From the NCBI GenBank assembly GCA_038207335.1, contig JBBQZX010000008.1, positions 114,940 through 178,939 of the forward strand: a DNA stretch of 64,000 nucleotides, given 5' to 3'. The stretch comes from Chthoniobacterales bacterium. GTDB lineage: Bacteria > Verrucomicrobiota > Verrucomicrobiia > Chthoniobacterales > Chthoniobacteraceae. Positions 18,657 to 27,832 of this stretch are shown here, in pieces. The notes under the pieces were generated by a model, which was given only the letters and a program-made list of their open reading frames with translations, searched no databases and was not told the origin of the DNA. Every line of letters starts with the position of its first letter. Positions within the stretch are counted from its first letter, which is position 1. The position numbers and the translations under genes were made by a program.

Positions 18657-19267
18657 CTACACCAGCTCGCCGGCTTTCATCTTCGCCATGCAGACGGGGC
18701 AAATGCCGTGCGAAAAATCGGTGCCCGTCTTTTCGTGGATGAAGACTTCGATCTCGTGCCAGTAGTCCTGATCGTCGCGGATGCTCTTGCAGTACATGCA
18801 GATCGGCAGCAGCCGCTTGAGGTTCTTCACGTCTTGGAGCGCTGTCTCGAGATCCACCACACGCTTCGCCAGCACGCGCTCCAACTCCACCACGCGCTGC
18901 CCGACTTTCAGCCGCGCGCGCAGCTCGTCCGGGTCGAACGGCTTAACACGTAGTCATCCGCGCCCGCCTCCAGCCCTGCGGCGATCTCCTCTTTCTGGCT
19001 CTTCGCCGTCAGCAGGATCAGGTAAATATACGGTCGCCCGGTGCTCTCGCGGATGCGCTTGCAGACCTCGACTCCGTCCATTTTCGGCATCATCCAGTCG
19101 AGGATCGCGAGCGATGGCGCGTCGTCCCGCTCCAGCAGTTCGACCGCTTTTTCACCGTCCTCGGCGGCGATGACCTCGAAGCCCCAGTTTGTTAAATTTC
19201 GCTCCAGCAGATGGCGCGAAACGTAATGATCTTCGGCGATCAAAATGCGGTTCGGCAAATGGCTCAT
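18657..19267 (-). pseudogene. Response regulator (REC + Cys/His-rich C-terminal domain) interrupted by a 1-nt frameshift near 18945
   Basis: ILIAED..ILDWMMP..LLTA..GADDYV in one frame; KPFDPDELRARLKVGQRVVEL..LLPICMYCK..SHGICPVC continues in another. Confidence 0.85.
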
Positions 19268-19423
19268 GATTTTGGGGAAAGCAGCATACTGAAAGTATCG
19301 GAATTCAACACGCTTTGCGCGCATCGCATTCGATGGGAAGGCATTGTGAAATGGGAGCGATCTTCTGGTCGTCGATTTGCGCTTTGCGCGCGCCACCTTT
19401 TCGCATCATTACTCGCTCCTTCG

Positions 19424-20731
19424 ATGAAAGTCTCCGATTTGCGCGGCATCCTGCAGTACGTCCCCCGCTTCCGGGATCGCATCTTCGTCGTCGCGGTGGA
19501 TGGCGAAATCATTGCGTCTCCGAACTTCCAAAACATCCTGCTGGATCTCGCGGTGCTCCGCTCGCTGAGCGTCAAAGTCGTCCTCGTGCATGGCGCGGGA
19601 CTCCAAATCCAACAGCTCGCCAAAGAGCGGGGAGTGGCGATTTCAAACGCCGACGGCATCGGGCTCACCGACGACGCGACTTTGAAAGTCAGTATCGAGG
19701 CGGCAACGAATGTGATGAGCGAGATCATGCAAGGGCTCACTTCCGTGGACCTGCGCGCGGCTTATGCAAATGCGATCGTCGCGCATCCCGCGGGCATCAT
19801 CGGCGGCGTCGATCGGATGCACACGGGGCGCGTCGAGCGCGTCGATACGAAGTCGCTGCATCTCTTTTTAAATGAGGGAATCATCCCGGTGATCCCGCCG
19901 CTCGGCTTCGACGGCGAGGGCCACACTTTTCGCGTGAACTCCGACGGTGTCGCGCTTGAGGTCGCTGAGTCGCTGCAGGCGATGAAGATCCTCTTTCTCT
20001 CCGCCGAAGCGCTCACGCAAAGCGGCGAGGTCGTGCGCCAGCTCTCGATCGTGGAGGCCGAGGAACTCGTGAAAAAGAAGAAGCCGATCGCCGCGCCGAA
20101 GCTCATCTCGAAGCTCGACCACGCCGCCCGCGCCTGTCGGCAGGGCATCCCGCGCGTGCATCTGCTCGATGGCACGATCGACGAGGCGCTGCTCACCGAG
20201 GTCTTCAGCCACGGCGGCATCGGCACGATGGTTTACTCGAACGAGTACCAGCAGATTCGGCGCATTTTCAAAAAGGACGTCCGCGCGGTGATGGCGCTCA
20301 TCCGGCAATCCGTGAGCAACGAAGAGCTCGTGCGGCGCACACGCGCGGACATCATCGCGCATCTCGAAGATTATTGGGTGCTCGAGATCGACCGCCAGCT
20401 GGTGGGCTGCGTGGCGCTCCATCTTTACCCCGAGGAAAGCCAAGCCGAACTCGCGTGCCTCTACGTGAACAAGCACCAGGAAGGTGCCGGATACGGGCGC
20501 AAGCTGATGACTTTCGTCGAGCAGCTCGCGGCGGAAAAGGGGATGAAGCACGTCTTCGCGCTCTCAACGCAGGCCTACAATTATTTCGCGCAAAAAGGCG
20601 GATACATCGAGGTCTCGCCAAATTCGCTGCCACTCGCGCGTCGTGAGAAGTGGGGCGCGAGCGCGCGAAACTCCAAAGTCATGCGAAAGCCAACTGTTGC
20701 TCCCGGCGCGATCGAGGCGCCGCGCGCATGA
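19424..20731 (+). CDS. argA: Amino-acid N-acetyltransferase (N-acetylglutamate synthase, AAK + GNAT)
   Basis: LRGILQYVPRFR, LVHGA, LLTEVFS..GIGTMV, ELACLYV, LSTQA. Confidence 0.9.
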   Translation: MKVSDLRGILQYVPRFRDRIFVVAVDGEIIASPNFQNILLDLAVLRSLSVKVVLVHGAGLQIQQLAKERGVAISNADGIGLTDDATLKVSIEAATNVMSEIMQGLTSVDLRAAYANAIVAHPAGIIGGVDRMHTGRVERVDTKSLHLFLNEGIIPVIPPLGFDGEGHTFRVNSDGVALEVAESLQAMKILFLSAEALTQSGEVVRQLSIVEAEELVKKKKPIAAPKLISKLDHAARACRQGIPRVHLLDGTIDEALLTEVFSHGGIGTMVYSNEYQQIRRIFKKDVRAVMALIRQSVSNEELVRRTRADIIAHLEDYWVLEIDRQLVGCVALHLYPEESQAELACLYVNKHQEGAGYGRKLMTFVEQLAAEKGMKHVFALSTQAYNYFAQKGGYIEVSPNSLPLARREKWGASARNSKVMRKPTVAPGAIEAPRA

Positions 20732-22356
20732 GCGGCGCGCTGCTCATCGACGGGCTCGTCATCGTCGCTTACTTCGCCGTCGTCATCTCGATCGGCCTCT
20801 ACAAAGGCCGCGGCGATACCTCGATGGAAGGCTTCGCGACGGGCAACCGCAGCATCCCGTGGTGGGCCGTGCTCGCCTCGATTCTCGCGGCTGAAATCAG
20901 CGCCGCGACATTTCTCGGCGCGCCCGGCGAGGGCTACGCGCTCCGAAATTTTACATACGCGCAGCTCGCGATCGGCACGATCCTCGCCCGCATCATCATC
21001 GCGTTCCTTTTCATCAAGCCGTACTACGACTACCGCGTCGTCTCGATCTACGAATTCCTGCTCGTGCGCTTTGGCACGAACACGAAAAACGCGGCGTCCG
21101 CCGTCTTCCTCGTCACGCGCGCGCTCGCCAGCGGCACGCGGCTCTACGTGGCCGCGGTTGTCCTCGTGCTCGGGTATGAAATGCTGACCGGCACGAAACT
21201 CGAGCCCTTTCAGGAGGTATGGATTTACGTCGGCGCGCTCACGTTTCTCACCGCCGTCACCGCCGTCTATACCGCGCTTGGAGGCATCAAGGCCGTCGTC
21301 TGGACCGACGTGATCCAGGCCACGATCATGTTCGGCGCGCTCGGCTTCGCGATCTACACGCTGCTCGGCCACATCCCCGGCGGGTGGGCGGGCGTGCAGA
21401 AAACGCTGACGGGCTCGAGAGACCTCGCATTTTTCGACAGCGGAATCGTCGCCGGAAAAGGCGTCTGGCTGAACGTGAAAGGAATCCTCGAAAGCGAATA
21501 CACGATCTGGGCTGCGATCTTCGGCTCGACCTTCCTGACGATGGCCACGCACGGCACCGATCAGGACATGGTGCAGCGGATGCTGACCGCGAAAGATCAC
21601 GTCCGCAGCCGCCTGGCTCTGATTCTATCAGGCCTCGCGGACCTCCCGATCGTGATGTGCTTCCTTCTCGTCGGCATTTTCCTGTGGGCATTCTACGGGC
21701 GGGAGGGGATGCAGCATCCGTTCGCGCATTACATTTTGGAGGAAATGCCGACGGGCGTCCGCGGCCTTCTCGTCGCCGGGATTTTCGCGACCGCGATGGG
21801 CTCGCTGAGCACCGCGCTGAATGCGCTCGCGACGAGCTTCACGGAGGATTGGTATACGCCCTACATCCGGCCGGGCGCGACCGATCGGCAGGTCGTCCGC
21901 GCGGCGCGGCTGAGCACGGTGGCGTTCTCGGTCATCCTCATCGTCATCGGCTCGCTCACGGCCTACGCGGTCATTATTTTGCACTCGCGGATCATCCCGA
22001 TCGTGCTCGGCATTTTCGGCTACACGTACGGCTCGCTGCTAGGCGTCTTCCTCGTCGGGATGCTCACGCGCACACGCGGCGACAACCGCGGAAATCTCAT
22101 AGCGATGCTCGCTGGCTTCATCTTCGTGGCGATCCTCAGCGGCCTGCACAATGACATCTGGGCGTTGCTGCATCCGACGTTGGCCGGTGCCGAAAAGCTG
22201 CCGCCGCTGTGGAAACCGGAGTGGCTTCCCGCGATCGAATTCCCGTGGCGCATCATGTTCGGCACTTTCCTCACATTCGGAATCGCGGTCTGCTTTCGCA
22301 CGCCGTCCGCGCAAATCGACGCCGCCCGCGCCCACGTCGCCAAACACGCGGCGTGA
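20728..22356 (+). CDS. Sodium:solute symporter family transporter
   Basis: SIYEFL..RFG, YTALGGIKAVVWTDVIQ, GTDQDMVQR, AMGSLSTALNAL. Confidence 0.9.
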   Translation: MSGALLIDGLVIVAYFAVVISIGLYKGRGDTSMEGFATGNRSIPWWAVLASILAAEISAATFLGAPGEGYALRNFTYAQLAIGTILARIIIAFLFIKPYYDYRVVSIYEFLLVRFGTNTKNAASAVFLVTRALASGTRLYVAAVVLVLGYEMLTGTKLEPFQEVWIYVGALTFLTAVTAVYTALGGIKAVVWTDVIQATIMFGALGFAIYTLLGHIPGGWAGVQKTLTGSRDLAFFDSGIVAGKGVWLNVKGILESEYTIWAAIFGSTFLTMATHGTDQDMVQRMLTAKDHVRSRLALILSGLADLPIVMCFLLVGIFLWAFYGREGMQHPFAHYILEEMPTGVRGLLVAGIFATAMGSLSTALNALATSFTEDWYTPYIRPGATDRQVVRAARLSTVAFSVILIVIGSLTAYAVIILHSRIIPIVLGIFGYTYGSLLGVFLVGMLTRTRGDNRGNLIAMLAGFIFVAILSGLHNDIWALLHPTLAGAEKLPPLWKPEWLPAIEFPWRIMFGTFLTFGIAVCFRTPSAQIDAARAHVAKHAA

Positions 22357-22815
22357 GTAGGATTCGGCCCCGGCGGGGGTCTTAGTTCGGTGTGGCCGGG
22401 TAAAAAACTCCCGTCACTACGGTCAATCGAAAAATCCGGCCAGGAAGCGAAAAAAATTAGGCAAATTCGGGGAATTCTCTTGGCGATTTGGAGACGCAAA
22501 AATAGGCTCACGCTCGCAACGGCGGGGATAAAATACCCCTGTTAATAACTTGTGAATAGCACCCAAAAACTACGCATCTCCAAATCATTCCCGCTTCTGC
22601 AAAGGGCGCGCGGGGATTCGGTCGCGATTGTGACGGTGAGATCAGCGTTCCACGTTACATCATCCGATAAACTGCTGAACATCAGATATTTGAACGAAGC
22701 ATCTTGCAGTGTTCGACGTGACAGACGTAACGCGCAGGTGAACTTTGCACGGCTTTTACGCGGCTCAATTTCAGTATTTTAACGTCCTTTACCCCCATAT
22801 TTCCACTGTGGATAA
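22357..22815. promoter_or_regulatory. Candidate oriC / dnaA promoter region with DnaA boxes
   Basis: AT-enriched 450-bp intergenic region; perfect TGTGGATAA at 22807-22815; near boxes CGGGGATAA 22523-22531, TGTTAATAA 22540-22548, TGTGAATAG 22551-22559. Confidence 0.7.
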
Positions 22816-24193
22816 ACCCCTCCAAAACGGCCAATTAACGAGCGCTTGGCGCGAGATTTCCGTCTCGGTGAAAACCGAGATCGGCGCGGGCAATTTCGAC
22901 CGCTGGTTCAAGGCCGTCGAACTCGTCGGTTTGGACGATAAAACGCTAGCCCTGCGCGCCCCGAGCAACATCTTCCAATTCTGGATCGAGAGTAACTACA
23001 TGCCGATCCTGCGTTCCGCCACGATGCTCGCGGTCGGTGGCCCGCGCGAGGTCACTTTCGTCTTCAGCGGCGAAGTGGACGAGTCGATCGCGCCCGAGGA
23101 AATCGAGCCCGCAGCCGAGATCGACGAGCCCACTCTGCCGGTGGCGGAAGCGCCGGAAGAGCCGGTCGCGTCGAACGGGATGAACCCGCGCAATACGTTC
23201 AAGACATTCGTCGTGGGTGCTAACAGCGAGTATGGCCACGCCGCGTGCCTCGCGGTCGCGAACGCGCCCGGCAAGACCTACAACCCGCTTTTCATCTACG
23301 GCAGAGTCGGGCTCGGGAAGACGCACCTGCTGAATGCGATCGGCCACCACATCGGCACGCGCAAGAAGGGCGGCAAAGTCCTCTACGTTTCCAGCGAGCA
23401 CTTCACGAACGACTTCATCGACGCGCTGAAAAACAATTCGCTCGTGAAATTCCGCAAACGCTACCGGCAGGCGGACGTGCTGCTCATCGACGACATCCAA
23501 TTTTTCGCAGGCAAAGAGCGCTCACAGGAAGAGTTTTTTCACACCTTCAATGCGCTCTTCGACGGGCATAAACAGATCGTCCTGTCGAGTGATCGCCCGC
23601 CGTCCGAGATCGCGAATCTCGAGCAGCGGCTCGTCTCCCGTTTCGAGTGGGGGCTCACCGCCGAACTCCAGCCGCCCGACATCGAGACGCGCCTCGCCAT
23701 TCTCCAGAAAAAGAGCGAGACGCTCGCGGTGAAGCTCGACGCCGCGACGCTGCAATATCTCGCGGACAACATCCGCATGAACGTCCGCCGGCTCGAAGGC
23801 GCGCTCATGCGCGTCGCCGGTTTCGCCTCTTTGAATGGGCACGCGCCGACACGGGAGCGCATCGAGCATTTGCTCAGAGACATCCTCCAAGAAGAGGCAC
23901 GGCGCGCGATCACCATCGAGCAAATTCAGCGCAAAGTGGCCGAGCATTTCGACGTACGCCTCGCCGACATGACGAGCAAGCGCCGCCCGCAAAACATCGC
24001 CTTTCCCCGCCAGATCGCGATGTATCTCGCTCGCGAGCGCACGCGGCAATCGCTCAGCGAAATTGGCGACCAATTCGGCGGGCGCGACCACGGCACCGTC
24101 CTTCACGCGCATCGGCTCGTGAAAAACAAAATGCTCGCCGACGACAAAACGCGGCAGGTCGTCTCCTTCCTCGACACGCAACTCGACCGCTGA
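22808..24193 (+). CDS. dnaA: Chromosomal replication initiator DnaA
   Basis: YNPLFIYGRVGLGKTHLL, LLIDDIQF, SRFEWGL, FGGRDHGTVLHA; GTG start chosen by hand. Confidence 0.97.
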   Translation: MDKPLQNGQLTSAWREISVSVKTEIGAGNFDRWFKAVELVGLDDKTLALRAPSNIFQFWIESNYMPILRSATMLAVGGPREVTFVFSGEVDESIAPEEIEPAAEIDEPTLPVAEAPEEPVASNGMNPRNTFKTFVVGANSEYGHAACLAVANAPGKTYNPLFIYGRVGLGKTHLLNAIGHHIGTRKKGGKVLYVSSEHFTNDFIDALKNNSLVKFRKRYRQADVLLIDDIQFFAGKERSQEEFFHTFNALFDGHKQIVLSSDRPPSEIANLEQRLVSRFEWGLTAELQPPDIETRLAILQKKSETLAVKLDAATLQYLADNIRMNVRRLEGALMRVAGFASLNGHAPTRERIEHLLRDILQEEARRAITIEQIQRKVAEHFDVRLADMTSKRRPQNIAFPRQIAMYLARERTRQSLSEIGDQFGGRDHGTVLHAHRLVKNKMLADDKTRQVVSFLDTQLDR

Positions 24194-24211
24194 CCGGCGG
24201 CGACTTTTTTT

Positions 24212-24280
24212 GACCGCGGATTATGCCAATTTCGCGGATGAGATTTCTTGAAATCCGCGTCCTCCGCGCAATCCGCAGTC
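24212..24280. repeat. Imperfect inverted repeat built from CGCGGAT-type units between dnaA and dnaN
   Basis: GACCGCGGATT pairs with AATCCGCAGTC (1 mismatch) and CGCGGAT with ATCCGCG; 28-nt arms, 13-nt loop. Confidence 0.55.
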
Positions 24281-24344
24281 GCTGGCCAAAAGTGATTGCG
24301 TCGCGGGAGGCATTCATTCATCTACCCACCCACCGTTTTTCCCT

Positions 24345-25439
24345 ATGAAAATTAGCGTCAGCAAAGAGAAGCTCCTCGAAGGCCTGCAGACCGTCCAAAA
24401 CGTCGTTAGCACGCGCACCACGCTCCCGATTTTGTCGAACGTCCTGCTGCAAGCGGACAACGGAAAACTCCGCCTCACCACCACTGACCTCGACGTCGGC
24501 GTGAGCGGCTCCGTCGATGCCCAAATCGAGAAGCCCGGCGCGACCACACTGCCCGCGAGGCGTCTTGCCACCATCGTCCGCGAGCTGCCGGCGAGCGAAA
24601 TCCAGATCGAGATCGACTCGAAAAACGTCGCCTCGATTCGGTGCGGACAGAGCTTTTTCAAGATCAACGGATTGCCCGAGGAAGAGTTCCCGCCGCTGCC
24701 GCAATTCGCCGGTGCGAAGGAATTCAAAATCCCGCAAAAAGAGCTGCGCGACGCGCTCAAGAAAACCGCCTATGCGATCTCGACGGACGAGACGCGTTAC
24801 GTCCTTAACGGCATCCTTTTCTCTTTCAAGGAGAACAAGCTCACGATGGTCGCGACCGACGGACGCCGTCTCGCGCTAGTCGATCTGGAGATGGAATTTC
24901 CGCGCAGCGATGAGGCCGAAATCATCGTCCCGACAAAGTGCGTGACCGAACTCGGACGGCTGATGGGCGGCGAAGGCGACGTCAAAATGAGCGTCGGAGA
25001 AAATCAGGTCGCGTTCGATATTAACGGCACGCTGCTCGTCTCGAAACTCATCGAGGGGAACTACCCGAACTACCGGCAGGTCATCCCCGGCGAGGCCAAA
25101 GAGCGCATCACGCTCGAGCGCGAGCAGTTTCACAACGCCGTGCATCGCGTCTCGCTGCTCGCGAGCGAGAAGTCGAATTCGGTGAAGCTCGTCTTTACAA
25201 AAAACAATATCGAGATCGCCGCGAACACCCCTGACGTCGGCGAAGCGCGCGAGTCGCTCGCAGTTAACTACAAGGGGAAGGATTTCTCAATCGCGTTCAA
25301 TCCGGAGTTCCTGATGGCACCGCTCAAAAACCTCCCGAATGACGAAGTTTTCCTCGATCTCATCGACGAAATGAGCCCAGGCGTGATCAAAATCCAGAGC
25401 CCGTTTCTGTATGTGTTGATGCCGATGCGCATCAGTTGA
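24345..25439 (+). CDS. dnaN: DNA polymerase III beta sliding clamp
   Basis: TTLPILSNVL, STDETRYVLNG, VATDGRRLA, SKLIEGNYPNY, YVLMPMR. Confidence 0.97.
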   Translation: MKISVSKEKLLEGLQTVQNVVSTRTTLPILSNVLLQADNGKLRLTTTDLDVGVSGSVDAQIEKPGATTLPARRLATIVRELPASEIQIEIDSKNVASIRCGQSFFKINGLPEEEFPPLPQFAGAKEFKIPQKELRDALKKTAYAISTDETRYVLNGILFSFKENKLTMVATDGRRLALVDLEMEFPRSDEAEIIVPTKCVTELGRLMGGEGDVKMSVGENQVAFDINGTLLVSKLIEGNYPNYRQVIPGEAKERITLEREQFHNAVHRVSLLASEKSNSVKLVFTKNNIEIAANTPDVGEARESLAVNYKGKDFSIAFNPEFLMAPLKNLPNDEVFLDLIDEMSPGVIKIQSPFLYVLMPMRIS

Positions 25440-25521
25440 TTCTCCGGCCAGATTCTCTTTGCTTTCCCGCGAGGCCTCTGCGAAGAGTCTCGCCCCGCTG
25501 GTGAAAACCAGCGCCCCATTT

Positions 25522-25603
25522 GCTCACGTGGCGGAATTGGCAGACGCGTACGGCTCAGGACCGTATGGGGCAACCCGTGGAGGTTCGAGTCCTCTCGTGA
25601 GCA
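25522..25603 (+). tRNA. tRNA-Leu (anticodon CAG); CCA not encoded
   Basis: GCTCACG/CGTGAGC acceptor stem, TGGCAGAC D-loop, TACGG-CTCAGGA-CCGTA anticodon arm, long variable arm, GTTCGAGTC T-loop, discriminator A. Confidence 0.95.
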
Positions 25604-25609
25604 CTTTCT

Positions 25610-25704
25610 GCTGTAGCCGGGATCGGTGATCCCGGCACGACGGGACGCGGGAGCGGCGCTTGAAAAAAGCTCTTTTGCCGGGCTCACCCGGCGGGATCTA
25701 CAGC
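25610..25704. repeat. GTAG-type REP doublet (REPIN-like) between tRNA-Leu and ilvN
   Basis: Bounded by GCTGTAG...CTACAGC; hairpins GCCGGGATC-GGT-GATCCCGGC and GCCGGG-CTCA-CCCGGC. Confidence 0.7.
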
Positions 25705-25706
25705 CG

Positions 25707-26186
25707 CTACTCGCTTTTCCGCGCAAGCGCGACCTTCCCGGTGCGCGTCAGGTCGGCGATTCCGAACGGCTCCATGAGCATCAGGAACTTCGAGATTTTG
25801 CTCTCATTGCCTGTCACCTCGATCGAGACGTTTTTGTGCTGCACGTCGATGATCTTCGCACGGAAAATATCGCAGATTTGCAGCACCTCGGCGCGTGTCT
25901 CGGCGTTCACATTCACCCGCAGCAGCACGAGCTCGCGATCCACCGCCTCGCCCTCACGAAAGTCCTGAATTTCGATGACGTCGATGAGCTTATTGAGCTG
26001 CTTGGTCACCTGCTCGAGTACCGTGTCGTCACCGCGCACCACGATCGTCATGCGGGAGGTCGAGGGGTCGAGTGTCGGGCCGACGTTGAGGGTGTCGATA
26101 TTGAAACCGCGCCCGCTGAACATGCCCGCAACGCGCGTCAGCACGCCGAACTTATTCTCCACCAAAACGGAAATCGTGTGTCGCAT
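25707..26186 (-). CDS. ilvN: Acetolactate synthase small (regulatory) subunit
   Basis: MRHTISVLVENKFGVLTRVAGMFSGRGFNIDTL, QLNKLIDV, RTGKVAL. Confidence 0.95.
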   Translation of the reverse strand: MRHTISVLVENKFGVLTRVAGMFSGRGFNIDTLNVGPTLDPSTSRMTIVVRGDDTVLEQVTKQLNKLIDVIEIQDFREGEAVDRELVLLRVNVNAETRAEVLQICDIFRAKIIDVQHKNVSIEVTGNESKISKFLMLMEPFGIADLTRTGKVALARKSE

Positions 26187-26234
26187 AAAAGGGCGGCGAA
26201 GCTGGAGAAACCGCCGCGCGGCGTCAAACGCAAA

Positions 26235-26672
26235 TCAGCCGCACGCGGCGTCGTGGCGACCAGCGGCGTAGGCAGAGAAGACGCGACGGATTTCGTCGCG
26301 GACGCGGCGGAAAAACGCGAGCTGCTCGGTTTCAGTTCCGCTGGCGTGCGCGGGATCGTCGAAGCCCCAGTGGTGACGGTTCACCTGGCCGGGAAACATC
26401 GGGCACGCCTGGTCGGCATTTCCGCAGACGGTGATGACCGTCTCGACAGGCTGATCGAGAAATTCGTTCAGGTGCTTCGAGCGATGCGCGGAGATGTCGA
26501 TGCCGATTTCGCGCATGACTTCGATGGCGAGCGGATGCACGTATCCCGCCGGTTTCGATCCCGCGCTCGCGACGCGAAAACGATCGCCCGCGACCGAGCG
26601 CAGGATGCCTTCCGCGAGATGACTGCGGCACGAATTGCCGGTGCAAAGAACGAGAACGAGCGGCGCTTCCAT
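26235..26672 (-). CDS. arsC: Arsenate reductase, thioredoxin-coupled LMW-PTP type
   Basis: [28 protein letters not shown]. Confidence 0.9.
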   Translation of the reverse strand: MEAPLVLVLCTGNSCRSHLAEGILRSVAGDRFRVASAGSKPAGYVHPLAIEVMREIGIDISAHRSKHLNEFLDQPVETVITVCGNADQACPMFPGQVNRHHWGFDDPAHASGTETEQLAFFRRVRDEIRRVFSAYAAGRHDAACG

Positions 26673-26676
26673 AGAG

Positions 26677-27345
26677 TTAGTGACTCTCGACTTTCCTGCA
26701 GCAACCCGGCGCCTGCACGCCGCAGCACGCGGGCACAGCGAGCAGCGCTCCGAGGATCGGCCCGGTGATGTAGATCCAGAGATTTTCGAGATGTCCACTC
26801 ACGAGTGCGGGCGCGAGCGAGCGGGCGGGGTTCATCGACGCTCCGCTGATCGGCCCCGCGAACATCGCCTCCAGCGCGATGACCGCACCGACCGCCACGC
26901 CCGCGGTGATGCCCTTCTCTTTTGCCCCGGTCGAGACGCTCAGGATCACGAGCATGAGGAAAAAAGTGAGCACGGCCTCGAGGATGAGACTCTGCATCGC
27001 CGTGCCCGCAGGCAGCGTCGCGCCGAGCGTCGGTGCCGTGGGAAAAAGCACGCGCAGCAGCCCGCTCGCAGCAAATGCGCCGAGCATCTGCGCCGTGAGA
27101 TAGCCGGGCACGGATCGCGCGGGGAATTTGCGCGCAGCGGTAAACGCGATCGTCACGGCGGGATTGAAATGCGCGCCGCTCACGTCGCCGAACGTGTAGA
27201 TCATCGCCATCACGATGAGGCCGAAAGTCATCGCGACTCCCGCGTGCGTGATCGCCCCGCCGCTCACATGATCGATGACGATCGCTCCCGTCCCCGCGAA
27301 GACGAGCGCGAACGTACCGAGGAATTCCGCGAAGAGTGTTCTCAT
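26677..27345 (-). CDS. MIP-family aquaporin, probable arsenite channel
   Basis: [27 protein letters not shown]-terminal CC..CC; between arsR and arsC. Confidence 0.88.
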   Translation of the reverse strand: MRTLFAEFLGTFALVFAGTGAIVIDHVSGGAITHAGVAMTFGLIVMAMIYTFGDVSGAHFNPAVTIAFTAARKFPARSVPGYLTAQMLGAFAASGLLRVLFPTAPTLGATLPAGTAMQSLILEAVLTFFLMLVILSVSTGAKEKGITAGVAVGAVIALEAMFAGPISGASMNPARSLAPALVSGHLENLWIYITGPILGALLAVPACCGVQAPGCCRKVESH

Positions 27346-27707
27346 TTTGCGTGGGGGGTGGTGGAAAGTTCGGCCAGCCATTCCATTTTCGGACGCATCT
27401 TCGCGAGCCGCTGGAGGTCGCGCTTGAAAACGGCGTGCGTCTGCACGCAATCCTGAAGGCACCGGAGATTGGCTTCGAGTTCGGCGGTGCGTTTCGCAGG
27501 GAGGGCATAGATCATCCAGTTCTGATACCGCTCGGCACGCACCAGGCCGCGCGTTTTCAGGTATGCGAGATGTTTAGAAATCCGCACCTGCGGCTCACCG
27601 AGCAGCTCCTGCACATGGCAGACGCACAGCGGCCCCTGCGCGATCAGATTGATGATCCGCAGCCGCGTTTCGTCGCAGAAGCATTCGTAGATTTGGACGA
27701 GTTCCAC
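27342..27707 (-). CDS. arsR: ArsR/SmtB metalloregulator
   Basis: DETRLRI, LCVCHV (CxC site), SKHLAYLK; GTG start. Confidence 0.88.
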   Translation of the reverse strand: MELVQIYECFCDETRLRIINLIAQGPLCVCHVQELLGEPQVRISKHLAYLKTRGLVRAERYQNWMIYALPAKRTAELEANLRCLQDCVQTHAVFKRDLQRLAKMRPKMEWLAELSTTPHAK

Positions 27708-27832
27708 GCCGGCAGTCTGGCTCGCATTCTAAATTCTGCAACAGGTATATACCAATCGGCGAATACTGGTTTCCGCTAGCTGCTGAAATTTGCAGTTCAA
27801 TCTTCTGCCTCTTTTCACCGACAATCCGCGCG

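Noticed and set aside
18930..18960. Programmed -1 ribosomal frameshift in the response regulator
   Set aside because: No X-XXY-YYZ slippery site or homopolymer at the junction.
25522..27707. tRNA-Leu as integration site of an ars island
   Set aside because: No integrase, no duplicated tRNA 3' end noticed, and housekeeping ilvN lies between them.
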